From Octopus sinensis (Eukaryota), in contig NC_042999.1 of the NCBI RefSeq assembly GCF_006345805.1, forward strand, positions 136,772,001-136,836,000: DNA of 64,000 nucleotides. Reading direction: 5' to 3'. Shown here in pieces: positions 50,579 to 64,000 of the stretch; within the stretch, counting starts at the first letter, position 1; every line of letters starts with the position of its first letter. The notes beneath the pieces were generated by a model. That model had not been told where the DNA came from and did not search any database. It worked only from the letters and a program-made list of their open reading frames with translations. The position numbers were made by a program, and so were the translations under genes.

Positions 50579-51060
50579 GACTCCTGTAATGCAGTGTGTC
50601 TCTTTGTAGATTCCATACTTTGCTGAGTTAAACATTGATTGGGGATTGCAGTGGCTAGAATAAGGGAGAAAACAGAAATCCTCTATATGGGAGGGGGGAG
50701 ATCTAAATTATATTTATCTATGTTCAAAAATGTTATCGAGTTTTTGCTAGAAATCCTCACTTATTTTTATTGGGATTTTCCTATCCACAAATCTGCTGTT
50801 GTTTAGCCCTAGGTCAACCCTCATTAAACAGACCTGTGATAAAAGGTGTTCCAATTATGACCATCTTATCTTTACTTTTTTTTTTTCAGACAGAGTATCG
50901 AGAACTATCCAGTATAACCTTCCTTCTATACAATATGTTGTGATGATTTAAGGGAGAGTTGGCTCCTATTTCAACTAAATCAAGTGACCACATATAAGTT
51001 CTCTCATTAGTTTAATAAAGACACCCTTGTTGACTCTATTAAGTTTCCTTTCACATTAGC

Positions 51061-51320
51061 TGAATGGAGACGCCTTTGTTGGCTTAATGATGGCTGCACC
51101 ATTGGCCAAATGGAAACTCAATCATGGAGACTTCTTTTGTTGACTCATTGGAGGCCTCTTTGTTGGCTTTGTGGAAAATTCTCTCAATAACACAATGGAG
51201 GCTTCCCTTGATAGCATATTGAAGGCTTCTTTTGTTGGCTCAGAGGGAGCTTCCCACATTGGCTCAATGGAGGCTTTTCTTGTTGGGTTGATGGGGGACT
51301 TCCTTATTGGCTCATTTCAG
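51061..51320. repeat. Degenerate 24-bp minisatellite (~10 units)
   Basis: Recurrent aatggaggcttc(c/t)tttgttggctc-like unit. Confidence 0.75.
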
Positions 51321-51713
51321 TAAACAGGAAGTCTTTGTGATGCGGAATGTGTGGAGCCAGTCACATTCCAGAGCAATATAATTTGCTTCTAATTGCAGAC
51401 AGCAGCTAGACTGAAAGAACAACGTATACATTTGTTAGCAAATTAGAAAAGATATTTATAGATTCTTGTATTTCATTTTGTCAGATTATTTTATTTCTTG
51501 TTTATAGGATTTTCTTAAGGATGCATTATTTTGTTCATTTGTTTTATGTCATTTAATTTTATATATATACAAAAATTAACAGTTGCTTCGTTGGATAATT
51601 CATCTCAAAGAATTGTTTAGTTTTTTCTTTTTTTTTTCTTTTGAAGGAGCAGATAACAGGTGTTTGTACTTTGTTGTTTAATGTCTGTCTATTCTATATT
51701 GAGTTGGGGGCGG

Positions 51714-52024
51714 GGGGACATAGCTTAGTAGTTAGGGTATTTGGCTCACAATAATGTCAGGAGATTGATTCCTTGAAGTGTGTTGTGTCCTTAAGCAAGA
51801 CACTTTATTTCATGTTCCAGTCCACTCAGCTGGCAGAAATGAGCTATACCTGTGTTCCAAAGGGCCAGCCTTTGCATACTCTATGTCTCACTAAATATCT
51901 CTGAGAACTGCATTAAGGGTACACATGTCTGTGGAGTGCTCAGCCACTTGCACATTAATTTCACAAGCAGGCTGTTCTGTTGATTGGAACAGCTGGAACA
52001 CTCGTTGTAACCAACAGAATGCCA
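51714..52024 (+). mobile_element. tRNA-derived SINE, same family as 48361-48655
   Basis: gtgtccttaagcaagacactttatttc...gtctgtggagtgctcagccacttgcac shared with the 48361 copy. Confidence 0.8.
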
Positions 52025-55000
52025 TTTATTATTTCATGTTTAGCTACATTCCTGGTTCAGATAGAATCTAATTAAGAGTTTTTACCCCAGTTTTTGTTGT
52101 TGACTCTTAGTTCATCCCTGATTGAGCAATCTAAAGCTCAGAAGTATTCCAGATATTATCTACCACATTTCTAATTTACTTTTATTCAGATATTGTATAT
52201 CTTAGAGTACATTATCTAATGTGTCTTATTTTAAAACAGTAGGATGTAATTTAAGGGGGATATGGATGTTATTTTTAGCAGGTTGTGCAATATCACTGAG
52301 ATTTCTTGCTTTCTCGAGTTTGTGATGCAGTAAGAAGGCGGCTACTTGTAGCTTTTTGTGTACTTACATTTGGTCTTGCAAAAATAAGCTTTACACTATT
52401 CGTGTTAAAAACTTTTCATAATTTAGTATTTATGATTAATTGTAGTTACTTTTTTATATTCCATAACACCTATAACTGTTCTTCCCATTGCCTCTTCTTC
52501 TGTCCATGGAGATATTTTTTATGGGTAGATATTGTCTTGAATATTCTATGATTAATCTATATAATATAATGTATTATTTAGTTTCATAAGTAAATTCTAA
52601 AAGAATTTTGAAATCTTTTTTATTTTTTATTAGCTATTTTAATACATTATAGTCTTTGATATCTTAAAGTTTCAAATTTATATGTCTTATTAACTTGATG
52701 TCATGACACAAGTATTGTTGTATATATCTTGTTTTCTTAACAGAAAATAAATGGATTTTTAAGAAAAATTCCCCAAAAACCTATTTTTGTATACTCTTTA
52801 TCATTTTCTGAAATAATCTAAAATATGTCAGATAAATCAACTACAATGCTTTTATTTGTTATAAAAAAAAAAAATAGAAAATCCCAAATTTATGGTTATA
52901 TTTTTATAGGATTACTTCAAGTTTGTGTTCTTAAATATAAAGTCCATTAAAGCTCTAGCAATATACTTGCTATCTTTTAAAAGCAGACAGATATATTATC
53001 TAGTTCTAGTGTTATGAAATATTTCTTCAGAAAATTCTAGTAAAAAACGAATGTTAAAATAGTGTCTGTCAGATCTATTGATTTTGATACTGTGACAGTG
53101 TAGCCTGAGTTTATAAGACAATTAATTAAGAATAAATAGCTGTCATATAGATCTAGTTTTACATCTTCTCAGGTGTACTCTAAAGTTCATTTGTGTCCCT
53201 CATATTCTTTCTGCTGTACATTGCACTTTCTGTTCTCTAATGTTAGACAACACTCAGTTAAATCTAAGTCATTAGAAATGCTAACCTCGTAATCACTGAT
53301 GATCTCTCCTGAGAATTTCACATTCCCAACATACCAAAACCTATGACCTAAAGAGCTAGTAAATACTTCAGCCCCAAATAGTAGCTGACTCTTAACAAAG
53401 CTGAGCTGTAACCCACAATGAAATACTGCTCATAAATGTGTTTATACTGCTGCTACACATATGAACATCATAGGCCACACTTGAAGTGATTGGTAATGAC
53501 ACCCTCACCAGCATGTTCCAACCACTAGGCCATAAATCCATTTTCTTTTCACTCTGTTTTTTCTTCCATTACTACTACTACTACTACTACTACTACTACA
53601 AAGTTCTCTACTTCTCAGAAATATCTAGATTTACACCATCCCCATCCAAGCCCATCTACCATACTTGTCTCTCCATCTTTTCTCACCCATAACTATCTAC
53701 ATTCACCCCCACTTTAACCACCACACATAACCCTTCATCTCCAGAACATTGAACCCTTTGAAATTCCATCCCCACCAGTGTCATCTCAGTTATTATCAAT
53801 TTGCTGATCTGCAGGCTGAGCATCAACTACATTAGGGATAAAGTCCTCTTCCTCTTGAATAAATCTAAAAGGAAAAAAAGATTCTGATAAAGATTGCAAT
53901 TATTTCAACTTTGTGATTAATCTAATTATGCTTTAGATATATTTGTTAACAATTTTACATATATTTGTTAACAATTTTACATTTTATTTTATTTGTTGAT
54001 CCAGAAAGTTTTGCTTGTTTTTGGTTTTGTTTATTTAGATGGGTAGTGTTAAGAATTTTTTTCAGGCCTTTCCATATTCTAATTATTTGTCTCATAAGAA
54101 GCAGAGCCTAGAATCTTTTCAGGCCTTAATATATTATAGCATAGTTATTGTTGGCTGAAGTTAATACGCTAATGCACAGTTGAACTTTGCAAAATTCAGT
54201 GTTAGATATTCAAAAGACTTGTTATTCTGTGGGCGAAAAAAGAGAAATGTTTAGCTCATTGATGGAAATAGAGATGTATGCCAGGGAATAGTGTTCCCTT
54301 CCTTTTTCAGCTTACAGTGGAGGGTTCTTTATAATATCTAACCCTATTCCTTTCCAGTCTTATCCTCACAGGCTTTTGTATACTGCTTGTTCCTAAAACC
54401 TATTTCCATCATTGATTTAACTGATTAGTTTATCATGAATATCACCATTAGATCACCAATCTATGTGATGAATTAAATTTTAGTTAAGTATGCTTTTCTA
54501 AAATTTAAGAATTATAAGTAAGAATTACACACACACTGAGTCTTTGATAGGTGAGACAGAATCATCTCACTGAAGAGAGGTTATGACTCAAGAAAAGATA
54601 GATCTAGCAGTTTCAGAGTAGCTTAAGTTATATATATTAGGTTAGGTGTGGTCTATAAAATATTAATATAGCAACTGAACTAGATGAACAGTTAGTCACT
54701 ACATTAAAATTACTTGCCTTTTGCAGTAAGCAAAATCAATGTGTTGTTGATTTGTTAAGACAGATGTGACAATATGACAGAGTTAAATAGACTTTGTGTT
54801 TTGTTTATCAACTCCATTTAATTATGAAGTTGTGAAGTAGATGCTTAAGCTAAACAAAGCTAATCCTTTACTTAAAACATCTCATGGGTAATACTAAAGA
54901 AGGCATTATAAAATTTGGAATTTAAATGAAGGAAAAGAACTTATTGATTCTACACAAATTAACTGTAGGTGCCAGGTTCTGTGATTTCTTAATGACATCG

Positions 55001-55138
55001 TCTTAAAGACTTTTGTTATTTTTGCTGTCATTTTATCTATAGTTGCTTTTCAGACATACTATTTAACTCTGTTATTCAAAATGTATAAATTACATTTGTA
55101 ATATTTTATTTTTAAAACCTTCTATTTTCATCAATTAG

Positions 55139-55360
55139 ATGGTAACACAGTGAAATTCCAGTTCAATGCAGGTGATGGTGAAAGGGTATTAGAGGCTAAG
55201 ACATCAGCTGGATTGAATGATGACCGTTGGCATACTGTACATGTTGAGCGAAATCGTAAACAGGCTTGGCTTAAACTTGACACTCAAGGTGAAAAGGTTT
55301 GGAATGAACCACCTGAACAAGGACCAAGAACATTAGATCTTACATCCGCATTAATTGTTG
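55139..55360 (+). CDS. Nrx-IV: Neurexin IV/CNTNAP-like exon (LamG core)
   Basis: Acceptor tcaattag|, donor gtt g|gtaagt; 222 nt, phase 1-1; NGNTVKFQFNAGDG...LNDDRWHTVHVERNRKQAWL...LDLTSALIV with the LamG motif LNDxxWHxV. Confidence 0.96.
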
Positions 55361-55597
55361 GTAAGTATACATATATATATATATATATATATATTGTTTT
55401 TTTGGCCGGGGGAAGAGACATAAATCCAGAGAAGAAGCATACTCTAAGAAGTAGAGCAGTCTATGTTTATTACTGGTGAAGGCCAGTAATATCGCTAACA
55501 GGTCTTAGGGTTGGAAGATATGCCATAAAGGTACCCTTTATGGCAAGAAACCTAGGGTAACCCTATAAACCACCCTTCACCAGTAATAAATACATAG

Positions 55598-55639
<42 letters not shown>

Positions 55640-55640
55640 C

Positions 55641-55820
55641 TGGTCCTCATGGAGGCAAAGTGGTCAAGCTCTTTTTGAGTGTTAATCCTCACAGAGTCAA
55701 TGACCAAGACCTTTGGCATTATGTCATGCTTGAGAAGAAGACCCCTTCCAGCATGCCAGCCCAGTCAAGCCATCCAACCCATGCCAGCATGGACAATGGA
55801 CATTAAATGATGATGATGAT
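55641..55820 (+). mobile_element. RTE 3' end fragment between microsatellites
   Basis: gcttgagaagaagacc...ccaacccatgccagcatggacaatggacattaaatgatgatgat. Confidence 0.8.
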
Positions 55821-56649
55821 ATATATAGAGAGAGTGAGATAGAGATACACATAACTATATACATATATATATTATGATTTTTCTTAAGCATACTGGTACT
55901 AATAAGCTGTTGTTAGAACTCAATGTCCTAATGCTTTAGAATAAAGTGTCAGGAGAGTACAGGGCATAATATCAATTAATGAATTAGAAAAGAATAGGAG
56001 TTACACAATCATTTTTATTAACTTACAGCTATTTCTGCGATAAGAAACAGTACACTCAGAGCTGAGTGCTTGTATAACATCCTATAATTTATTTTGAACC
56101 TTTAAAATGAAGCGTATGTTTATTTCAGAAAGCTGTTAAATATACGAGTATGTTGTATAATTAACTGGTTGAGTATCCCATCATCGCAAGGCAATTTTCA
56201 CAATAGAATATCTTTATTTCAATTTTATTTGTTCTATGTAAGATCATGTCTTCTCCAATGGATACTCCTCTTGATCAGGACAGGTTTCTGCATTATTATA
56301 TTGTATTGATAAGCTAAGTTTTTGTTTTTCCATTTGGTGCATAGATGTAATGATTTTTCTTAGCTCACTGCTTTCGACTCTATCACCCTAATGATATTTG
56401 TTACACACACGCACACTCTCTCACATTCAGCATGAACAATATACATATACAGAGAGTTAGAGCAAGTATGATGACTATATATAGAGAGGAGGAAGTTTAC
56501 AATGAGAAAAGTATAAATGAAAGAGATAGTCAAATAAAGAGATCTTTTCTGTTGCTGTCACAAATTTTGGAATTTTAAAATTAAGTGAAAATTTTCAAAT
56601 CTGATTTTGTGATTAATTTATTCTAGAAAAACTTTAGAAAAATTTCATG

Positions 56650-57089
56650 GCTCGCAGGATGGCCTGCTGTGCTTACCTTGGATCGTAGGGCAACCTGCTG
56701 TACTTGAGGAGACCTATTGAGTCAAGTGCATCAACATCAAAATAAAAATCAAATGGAAATTGTAGTTGTGATATCCGTGCCAGTAGCACGTAAAAAGCAC
56801 CATCCGAATGTGGCTGATGCCAGCATCGCCTTGACTGGCATCCGTGCCAGTGGCACGTAAAAAGTACCAACTGATCGTGGCTGTTGCCAGCCTCCTTTGA
56901 CCCCTGTGCCAGTGGCTTGTAAAAAGCACCCACTACACTCACGGAGTGGTTGGCGTTAGGAAGGGCATCCAGCTGTAGAAACACTGCCAGATCAGACTGT
57001 AACCTTGTACAGCCTCCTGGCTTCCCAGACCCCAGTTGAACCATCCAACCCATGCTAGCATGGAAAACGGACATTAAACGATGATGATG
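56650..57089 (+). mobile_element. RTE 3' UTR copy
   Basis: Nearly complete UTR, same subfamily as 4808-5209; GAT tail. Confidence 0.9.
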
Positions 57090-57779
57090 TTATGGAGTTT
57101 TAAAGTTTGATCATTTTTACCCAGTCAGAAAACAGGATTTGGAAGGTAGCATTTCCTGCATGATAATTGTCTATCATAAAATGAAAGTAAACATTAAAAG
57201 ATGAAGTTTTAAACAAAATGAAAGCACTTACATTTCATATGAAGAGAGGAGCATGAGAGACAGCTTGTGTGAAAGATATACATATACAGTCAGAGAGTGA
57301 TAAAGAGTGAGGTAAATATATATAGAGAGAGGGAAAGGCATAAAAGAGAGAGTCTAATACAGACAGATAGAGAGTGGGAGATTTGTATATCTAAAAGTTG
57401 AGTTATTTCTTGTTACAAATTATGTTTTTTGATTAATTATAATTGATTATCTTCCCATTGAGAGGCAGATTTCAGAAATCAAATCCATTTTTCTCGAGGA
57501 CATGCCGATTCTGAGCCTTTGGGGCTATACATGCATACATTCTCATTTATATAGTAGATATAGACTAAGTATTTTGTCCAAGTCTTGATCATTCATGATG
57601 TTAAATTAAATTACCAGAATTTTCTAACCACCCATCCATAAAATAATATAAAGTTCTTTTATTTTACTGACACTCTATTGATAAAAAACTCACCTCTGTC
57701 AATTAGCCTTGGTCAAAAGAGAAATAGTGCTGGCAAAATCGGCATTCTCAAAATTGTATAACTTCTTGAGAAAACATAT

Positions 57780-58200
57780 GAATGTTAATGTATGGAAGTG
57801 TGACATGGTCTATAACATCAGGAATGAGAAAGTGCTTGGAGAACTGTAAAATGTGGTTTTTAAGGAGAATATTGAAGATAGCATGGACAAAGTATCTAAT
57901 GAAGAAGTGATGACCCAGGCTACAGTAAATAGGAAACTGCTTTGAGATAAGGGCCAAACAACTAAGATTTCTTGGTCATGTGATGAGGAAAGCAGGACTG
58001 GAGAATTTAGCATTGACTAGAAAGATCGAAGGGTTAAAAAGCAGAGGAAGGAGAAAGATGATATGAATGTCAAGTTTGACAAACAAGCTGGAAGAAAGAG
58101 GCATTAAACATCAGGAAGTGGAACTGTTACAGAAAACAAAGAGCAGAGAATTGTGGCAGGACATGATTGCCTATGTCCTACATTCTGGACATGGTGCCTA
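57780..58200 (+). mobile_element. Degenerate BovB-like RTE ORF2 C-terminal fragment
   Basis: MWFLRRILKIAWTK-VSNEEV followed by GHVMRKAGLENLALTRKIEG-KSRGRR-like remnants. Confidence 0.7.
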
Positions 58201-58384
58201 AAAAGAAAAAGAAAAATATCTTACTTAACATGGATATACTGTAAGAAAGCCATAAAACCACAGTATTTCATCTCAGTAATTTAGATATTTATTAAATTCT
58301 TTGTTTTGAATCAAATTGTTCTTGTAAAATATTTTGCTTTCAACAGAACTTCACTGCTTGAGTGAATATCAATGTGTTCTTGAA

Positions 58385-58557
58385 AGCAACCAGTGCACTC
58401 CATTATATGGTTGATGTTAGGAAGGGCATCCAGCCTTAGAAATCATGCCAAAACAGACATGGAGCTTGGGCAGCTCTTCAACAGGTCAGCTCCTGTCAAA
58501 CCATCCAGTCCATGCCTGCATGAAAAATGAATGTTAAATGATGATGATAATGATGAT
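58385..58557 (+). mobile_element. RTE 3' UTR fragment (diverged)
   Basis: ttaggaagggcatccagcc...ccatgcctgcatgaaaaatgaatgttaaatgatgatgat. Confidence 0.8.
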
Positions 58558-58899
58558 CAAACCAATTGGCAAAATGGATATGAAGCCAATCTATGTTCTA
58601 CATGAATCCACATTATATTTATGGTAATACTCAAGAAAATTAAGCTACCAATAACTAATAATTGGGATTCTGAATGTGCATCTGTATTTTACAAATCATC
58701 ATTTGGCTGTTTACACTAAGAGATGCTATCTGTTAATGGTGGCTTAATGTAATATTTAGTAATTAAATGTATTATTTTGTATTCTTTAATTTCAAGCAAT
58801 TGTTAACCACATTTCCTAAAGCAATCATGCTTTATTTTTCACTTTAAAACCAAATGCTCAAGCTACTTCAAATACATTTTTGCCATTTTTTTTAACTAG

Positions 58900-59022
58900 G
58901 AGCTGCTGTTGGTTACCATAGTGGTTTTGTTGGTTGTATCCGTGGATTAATGGTAAATGGTGCTATCATGGATCTTCGAGGAATGGTAGCACGTGGAGTA
59001 GTAACCTATGGTGTCTCAGAAG
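58900..59022 (+). CDS. Nrx-IV: Neurexin IV/CNTNAP-like exon (end of LamG domain)
   Basis: Acceptor tttttttaactag|, donor gaa g|gtttgt; 123 nt, phase 1-1; GAAVGYHSGFVGCIRGLMVNGAIMDLRGMVARGVVTYGVSE with the LamG-terminal GFxGCIR motif. Confidence 0.94.
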
Positions 59023-61390
59023 GTTTGTATTTTGATTGGCTGATGATTTACTTTGAACAAGCATGTAATAAGATTTTTTCTTTCTTTTTCTTTTTTCATT
59101 ATTACAAGTCGTAATTCCAATAAAGTCAATATGTTTTATTTTTAATGCTGCATTAATTTGATAGGTTTTCTTTTTATAGTTTTTATTTTTGGTTTAGATC
59201 AGAGCTGCTTTGTAGTTTCTTTCATCAAACAGAATGTTTTTTTAGGTTACTCCCTGTGGTTACTTGAAATGATTTCAACTTTTGAAAAATAGTTTTATAC
59301 AGCATTTGATGCAGTTTAGATGTACAATTAAACAATATTTAAATAGGATTTTTGTCACAGTCTCTCTTGTTTTCTCAGTTAAGAAGCACTACTTGTAAAT
59401 GCAAACTCATTTGTAATGAGCCTTTGGTCCATATCTAAATGGCATTTAAAATCAAATGTTCTTCCTATATTTAGCAAGTCATTTTCTGAATTGATTGCTT
59501 GTCTTCAACTCTATAGTTTTTTACTGTAGTTGATTCAATTTCAGTTGAATCTTATGAACCATTCATAAAACTGTTTGTTTTAACAACTCATATTCATGAT
59601 ACTGAAATTAGTTGCTTTTACTATTTTCTAAAGATTCATGTCTGCGCGCATGCGCGTGTGTTTGTGTGTGTGTGAGTGTAATCAAGTATGTGAATGATGG
59701 TGGGTGGATGGATGCACATGATCAGCTATGTATACTGAGGATGGGCATTATATATATGTGTATGTGTGCATGTGAGTGAGCATGTGTGTATATTTGTGTT
59801 TGTAACATGAAGGCAGATCATAGATTCTTAATCTATAATTAATTAGACAATATTGTTATTTTTTAAAAACTCTGATCAATATATTTCTTCGATACTTACT
59901 TATCAATATCTATAAGTCACTGATTATATCAGCTAGAGAATATCAATAGAAGTATGACTTCATATAGTTTATAGATCAATGTTCTTGTTAGAGTTGTCTT
60001 AAGTATTTTCAACTTCCACTCGTAACTCACTCAATGTTATTCTCCCACACATTTTCTAATTCATTTATTATGTAGAAATGTCATGAATTGCATGTTAATT
60101 GAGAATTTTACCTCAAGTAATATTGTGTGCAGAATTTTGGTTTAAAAAAAAACATTTTGTTAAGTTCATGATTTTAAAAATGAGGCAGCTAGTCAGAAAA
60201 CCATGCGACTGTATTTTCTTGCATAATTTTTATATTCATTTATAGATTGTAATGGAAAAACGCATATACATGTGTGTGTGTTGTGAAAGAAGAATAGTTG
60301 ATACTAGAGCTTTGTACATATGACTATTTTAAGTACAAGTACTCTGAGTCTCTTAAGGAAAGCAAAGGAACTTGCTTGTTATTCTTGAAATATCTCTTCA
60401 TATTCAGTGATGCCCTTATTTCAATAATGGTAGAATCACTTGACAAAAGAGGAGAAAATATATTTTATGAAGCATCATTCTTTTGTTTCTTAAATGTAGG
60501 AGTCCACTTTTACTGATAGTCTAATAGAAATTAAGGATCAAAGGATGCTTATTTCAATCTTTAATATTATTACATGGCCGACTTTGACAACTGAAGGTTG
60601 TGTTGCTGTGTAAAGCAGATCTAATTTAATTTTGCTTATAGTTCCCCTCACCGTTAATCATCTTTGTGTAGAGAAAATGAAGGAAAGATAATCTTTAATT
60701 CCCTGTAGAATTTAATCAATTAGAAAACAACAAAATGGTGTGATGATGATAAAGAGGTCAGGAAAATATTTTTAAAAAATACAATAAATCTTATATACAG
60801 AAGAAAGTCTGCTGTGCATATTGAGAGTGGGGAATGGATTTTGTCAGTCTAAATTTGTTAATCCATTTTCATTGTTGAATTCAAAACAAAAAGAAGATTG
60901 ATACTTTCTAGAGTTGAGGATGGTTTTGCTTAAGAATTTTATTCAGACCTTTAGCATGAAGTTCTTTTATTTTCCTTTCTATTGTATTTTGGTCATTATT
61001 GGGGTTTCTAATCAGTGAAGAAAATGTTATTAGTCATATTCTCTCTCTCTCTCTCTCTCTCCAGCAATATCTTTTCTACATTCTTTACATTCAGCCAACA
61101 TACAATTAGTATATTTCTATCAGTTGTGAGGTATAACCAATCATTAGTTACATATACATCTCTTGAGGGAATTCAATACAGTAATTCTAGCATCCAATTT
61201 GTCATCATCTTATAATCAATGCTTCTGCATAATAAGGAATGGTTTCTTTTGAGAAGATTTATTCTTGTTGGGTAGAAACAACTTCTACCCATACATGCAT
61301 GTTTACACATTCTCAAACACTTTTTCTTACTTTCCCTTTCTTCTTCACTACCTCTATTGCTTGCACACATTATATAACTATCTGCCACTT

Positions 61391-61423
<33 letters not shown>

Positions 61424-63171
61424 TTTCTCTTTCTCAATCTGACACATGCTTACAAACATGTATTCCTTGGTTGTAATGTTTATTTTGAATAGGCTTCTAA
61501 AATGAAATCTCTTTTAAAGCAAATATCTCTTGATACAATAGAATATCACTAGTGTTTAAATTTTTTTTCCTCCTTTGAAATTACAGTACATTATACAGTA
61601 ATCATTACTAATCCTCTCCTTCTCAGTTGGAGTATAAGACTTAGACAATTCAGTGCCATTCAGACTGGTCTTTAGCAACTCGCACTTCCTTTTGCCATGT
61701 TCTATGCCAAGTGTCCTTTGGCCAGCCTGGCTTTCAGTTTTCAGGTGTTGTCCATCTTAATGTTATCTTTCATATCTTTTCCTGATCCATTCTATATACA
61801 GCTAAAAATTATTTTTGCTATAAAATATTTGATGGCAATGATATTTTACTGTTATTTACTGAATGCTACTAATTGTATTTAAACATAACTTTGTTCTCAG
61901 TTTTATTAAGACAATTGTCATATGGATTATTTAGCTAATGGTAAATCATGACATCTCAAAGATTCTTTTAACATTACTATGTTTATTAGCCTTTACTCCT
62001 TTTCTCCCCCCTTCCTCTTGCACATCTTTTATTTCTCTTTCTCTTCTTAAATTTTAACTTTTCCCTGTATCTCCTCAAATTTTCATTGCTCTGAACCTAT
62101 TATTCATTCTTCTTAGATGTGTCTGCTCATATTAAGAACTGATTCAGTGAAACATCTCTACTATTCAAAAACCTCATGAGCTTCATTTCTAAAATTCTGT
62201 ATATATATCTGTCTTTCACTTCTGATACCTTCCTAAAAAAAGTCAATTCAGAAAGCTCAGTCTGCAACATTTAATACAATAGTAGTTTTCCAAAATTAAA
62301 CAGTTTGCAGTGGTTTGTCTTTGTATATAATAGACTATGCTCGAATGGTCATCATCTACGATGTCAGAGTTTTTACCCTTAACATGTTGATTACTCCAAG
62401 CCTCTGTAATCATTCATGTACTTCTCTGTAGTTAAACTTGTCTTCACAGACTTTATTTTCGTGATTTTCACTTCGGTACATCTAATTACCAACCTTGGAG
62501 CCATTCCACGTCTTCCTTTAATATAGAACACATGGAGAGGATTTACCTGTCACCATAAGCATTAACAAATGAATAGATTCTGCATTTAACTAAAATCTAA
62601 AAAGAAAAATAATAAAATGAAATATTTTTTCTCATAAGCAAGGCAAGATCATTATTAAAACTGTCCCTCTAACAGCATAAATATAAAAATCTTTCAAACA
62701 ACAAAAATAGTTTTGCATTGTGTTTAATCATAAATATATGATTTTATGCAATCAGCTACTTCTGCACTGCTCTACCGATGAAATATAAAGTGCCTTACCT
62801 TTGATCATCCCAAAGTTTTTGTCATGGTTTCCAGAATTAGCTATTCTTTTGTTTATATCCTCCAAACAGAACCAAATACACTAACACTGAAAATCTGTTT
62901 CACTCATATTGATTAAATTGTTTTTTTAAAAAGTGCATCCAGCACATTGGTCTAACTACATATATTTTTGGTTTTGACTTACAAGTGTATCAACTTTCTT
63001 GACTGATCTTGTCCAATCTGCCCTCAGAGACTATTTCAAACATTCTTTTTTCCTTATTTCCTTTTATTGATTTCTTTGTTTTCTTTCTTTCACATACATG
63101 TGCAAATGCATGTTTGTAGTTATACACAATGCTGCAAATATTTTTAGATATTTTCTTCATCTCTTTTTCAG

Positions 63172-63291
63172 GTTGTGTTGGCAAATGTATGAGTAATCCA
63201 TGTTTCAACGGAGGGACATGCTATGAAGGTTACTCTCATTATACCTGTGATTGTTCCTATACTCCTTTCAGAGGCTGGATGTGTGGAAGAG
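63172..63291 (+). CDS. Nrx-IV: Neurexin IV/CNTNAP-like exon (EGF-like domain)
   Basis: Acceptor ctctttttcag|, donor aga g|gtaagc; 120 nt, phase 1-1; GCVGKCMSNPCFNGGTCYEGYSHYTCDCSYTPFRGWMCGR has canonical EGF cysteine spacing. Confidence 0.96.
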
Positions 63292-63301
63292 GTAAGCTCT
63301 T

Positions 63302-63730
<429 letters not shown>

Positions 63731-63873
63731 CATTTTTGATGTGGCACTAGCACATGCATATATTGTATATAGCAAATTTAAATTCAGTAACAAAGATAGA
63801 TTCACTTTCAGTATCTGTAAATATTATATCATTGTTTTTTTAGCAACAACATGATTGAAAAAAAATGCCTTAA

Positions 63874-64000
63874 CCATTTAGCTTTTGAATTGGTCATAAC
63901 AAGGCCAGACATTTTACTTGTTTTATCTTCAAACCAACCAGGATCAGGCTTCTCACGTCTACCCTATAATGTCATTCTAAAAATAGACAGTCACATCATT
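63874..64000 (+). mobile_element. Second, diverged copy of the piggyBac-type MITE (cut by the window end)
   Basis: ttaa|ccatttagc start; ttcaaacc...tctcac...cattctaaaaat matches 36600-36660. Confidence 0.65.

Larger units (their letters stand above)
35801..63291 (+). other. Nrx-IV: Span of the partial Nrx-IV/CNTNAP-like gene (6 exons, 1140 nt CDS); the gene extends beyond both window ends
   Basis: All six exons join in frame without stops; domain order FBG-like, LamG, EGF matches the central part of Nrx-IV/Caspr; no start or stop codon of this gene in the window. Confidence 0.92.

Noticed and set aside
35801-63291. Alternative identity as axotactin or classical neurexin-1
   Set aside because: The FBG-like, LamG, EGF order and specific motifs (PGSRKCxCG, LFxNVxTFR, ERNRKxA, GCVGxCxSNPC) fit Nrx-IV/Caspr better as I recall them; a phylogeny would be decisive.

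Overview
AT-rich, repeat-dense eukaryotic genomic DNA. The repeat families and microsatellite load suggest a cephalopod, most likely Octopus (inference, not verified). The only host gene I can support is an internal part of a + strand Neurexin IV / CNTNAP (Caspr)-like gene. It has six GT-AG exons (35801-36004, 47963-48262, 49762-49932, 55139-55360, 58900-59022, 63172-63291) that splice into one uninterrupted 380-codon frame covering the fibrinogen-like segment, a LamG domain and an EGF domain. No upstream exon was found in the first 35.8 kb, which is probably one large intron. The rest is transposon debris. It includes a young 5'-truncated RTE-clade LINE with a PHD-type finger in its RT region, many copies of its hairpin-rich 3' UTR, CR1, Penelope and maT/mariner relics, hAT-, piggyBac- and Tc1/mariner-type MITEs, tRNA-derived SINEs (some in head-to-tail trains) and microsatellites. 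I did not find a convincing novel multi-gene system. The most interesting leads are a candidate 27-nt in-frame microexon, the PHD finger in the RT, RTE insertion into (TA)n tracts, a foldback tandem repeat with an in-place inversion, and a nested hairpin 100 bp downstream of an exon. Coordinates of degenerate repeats are approximate.
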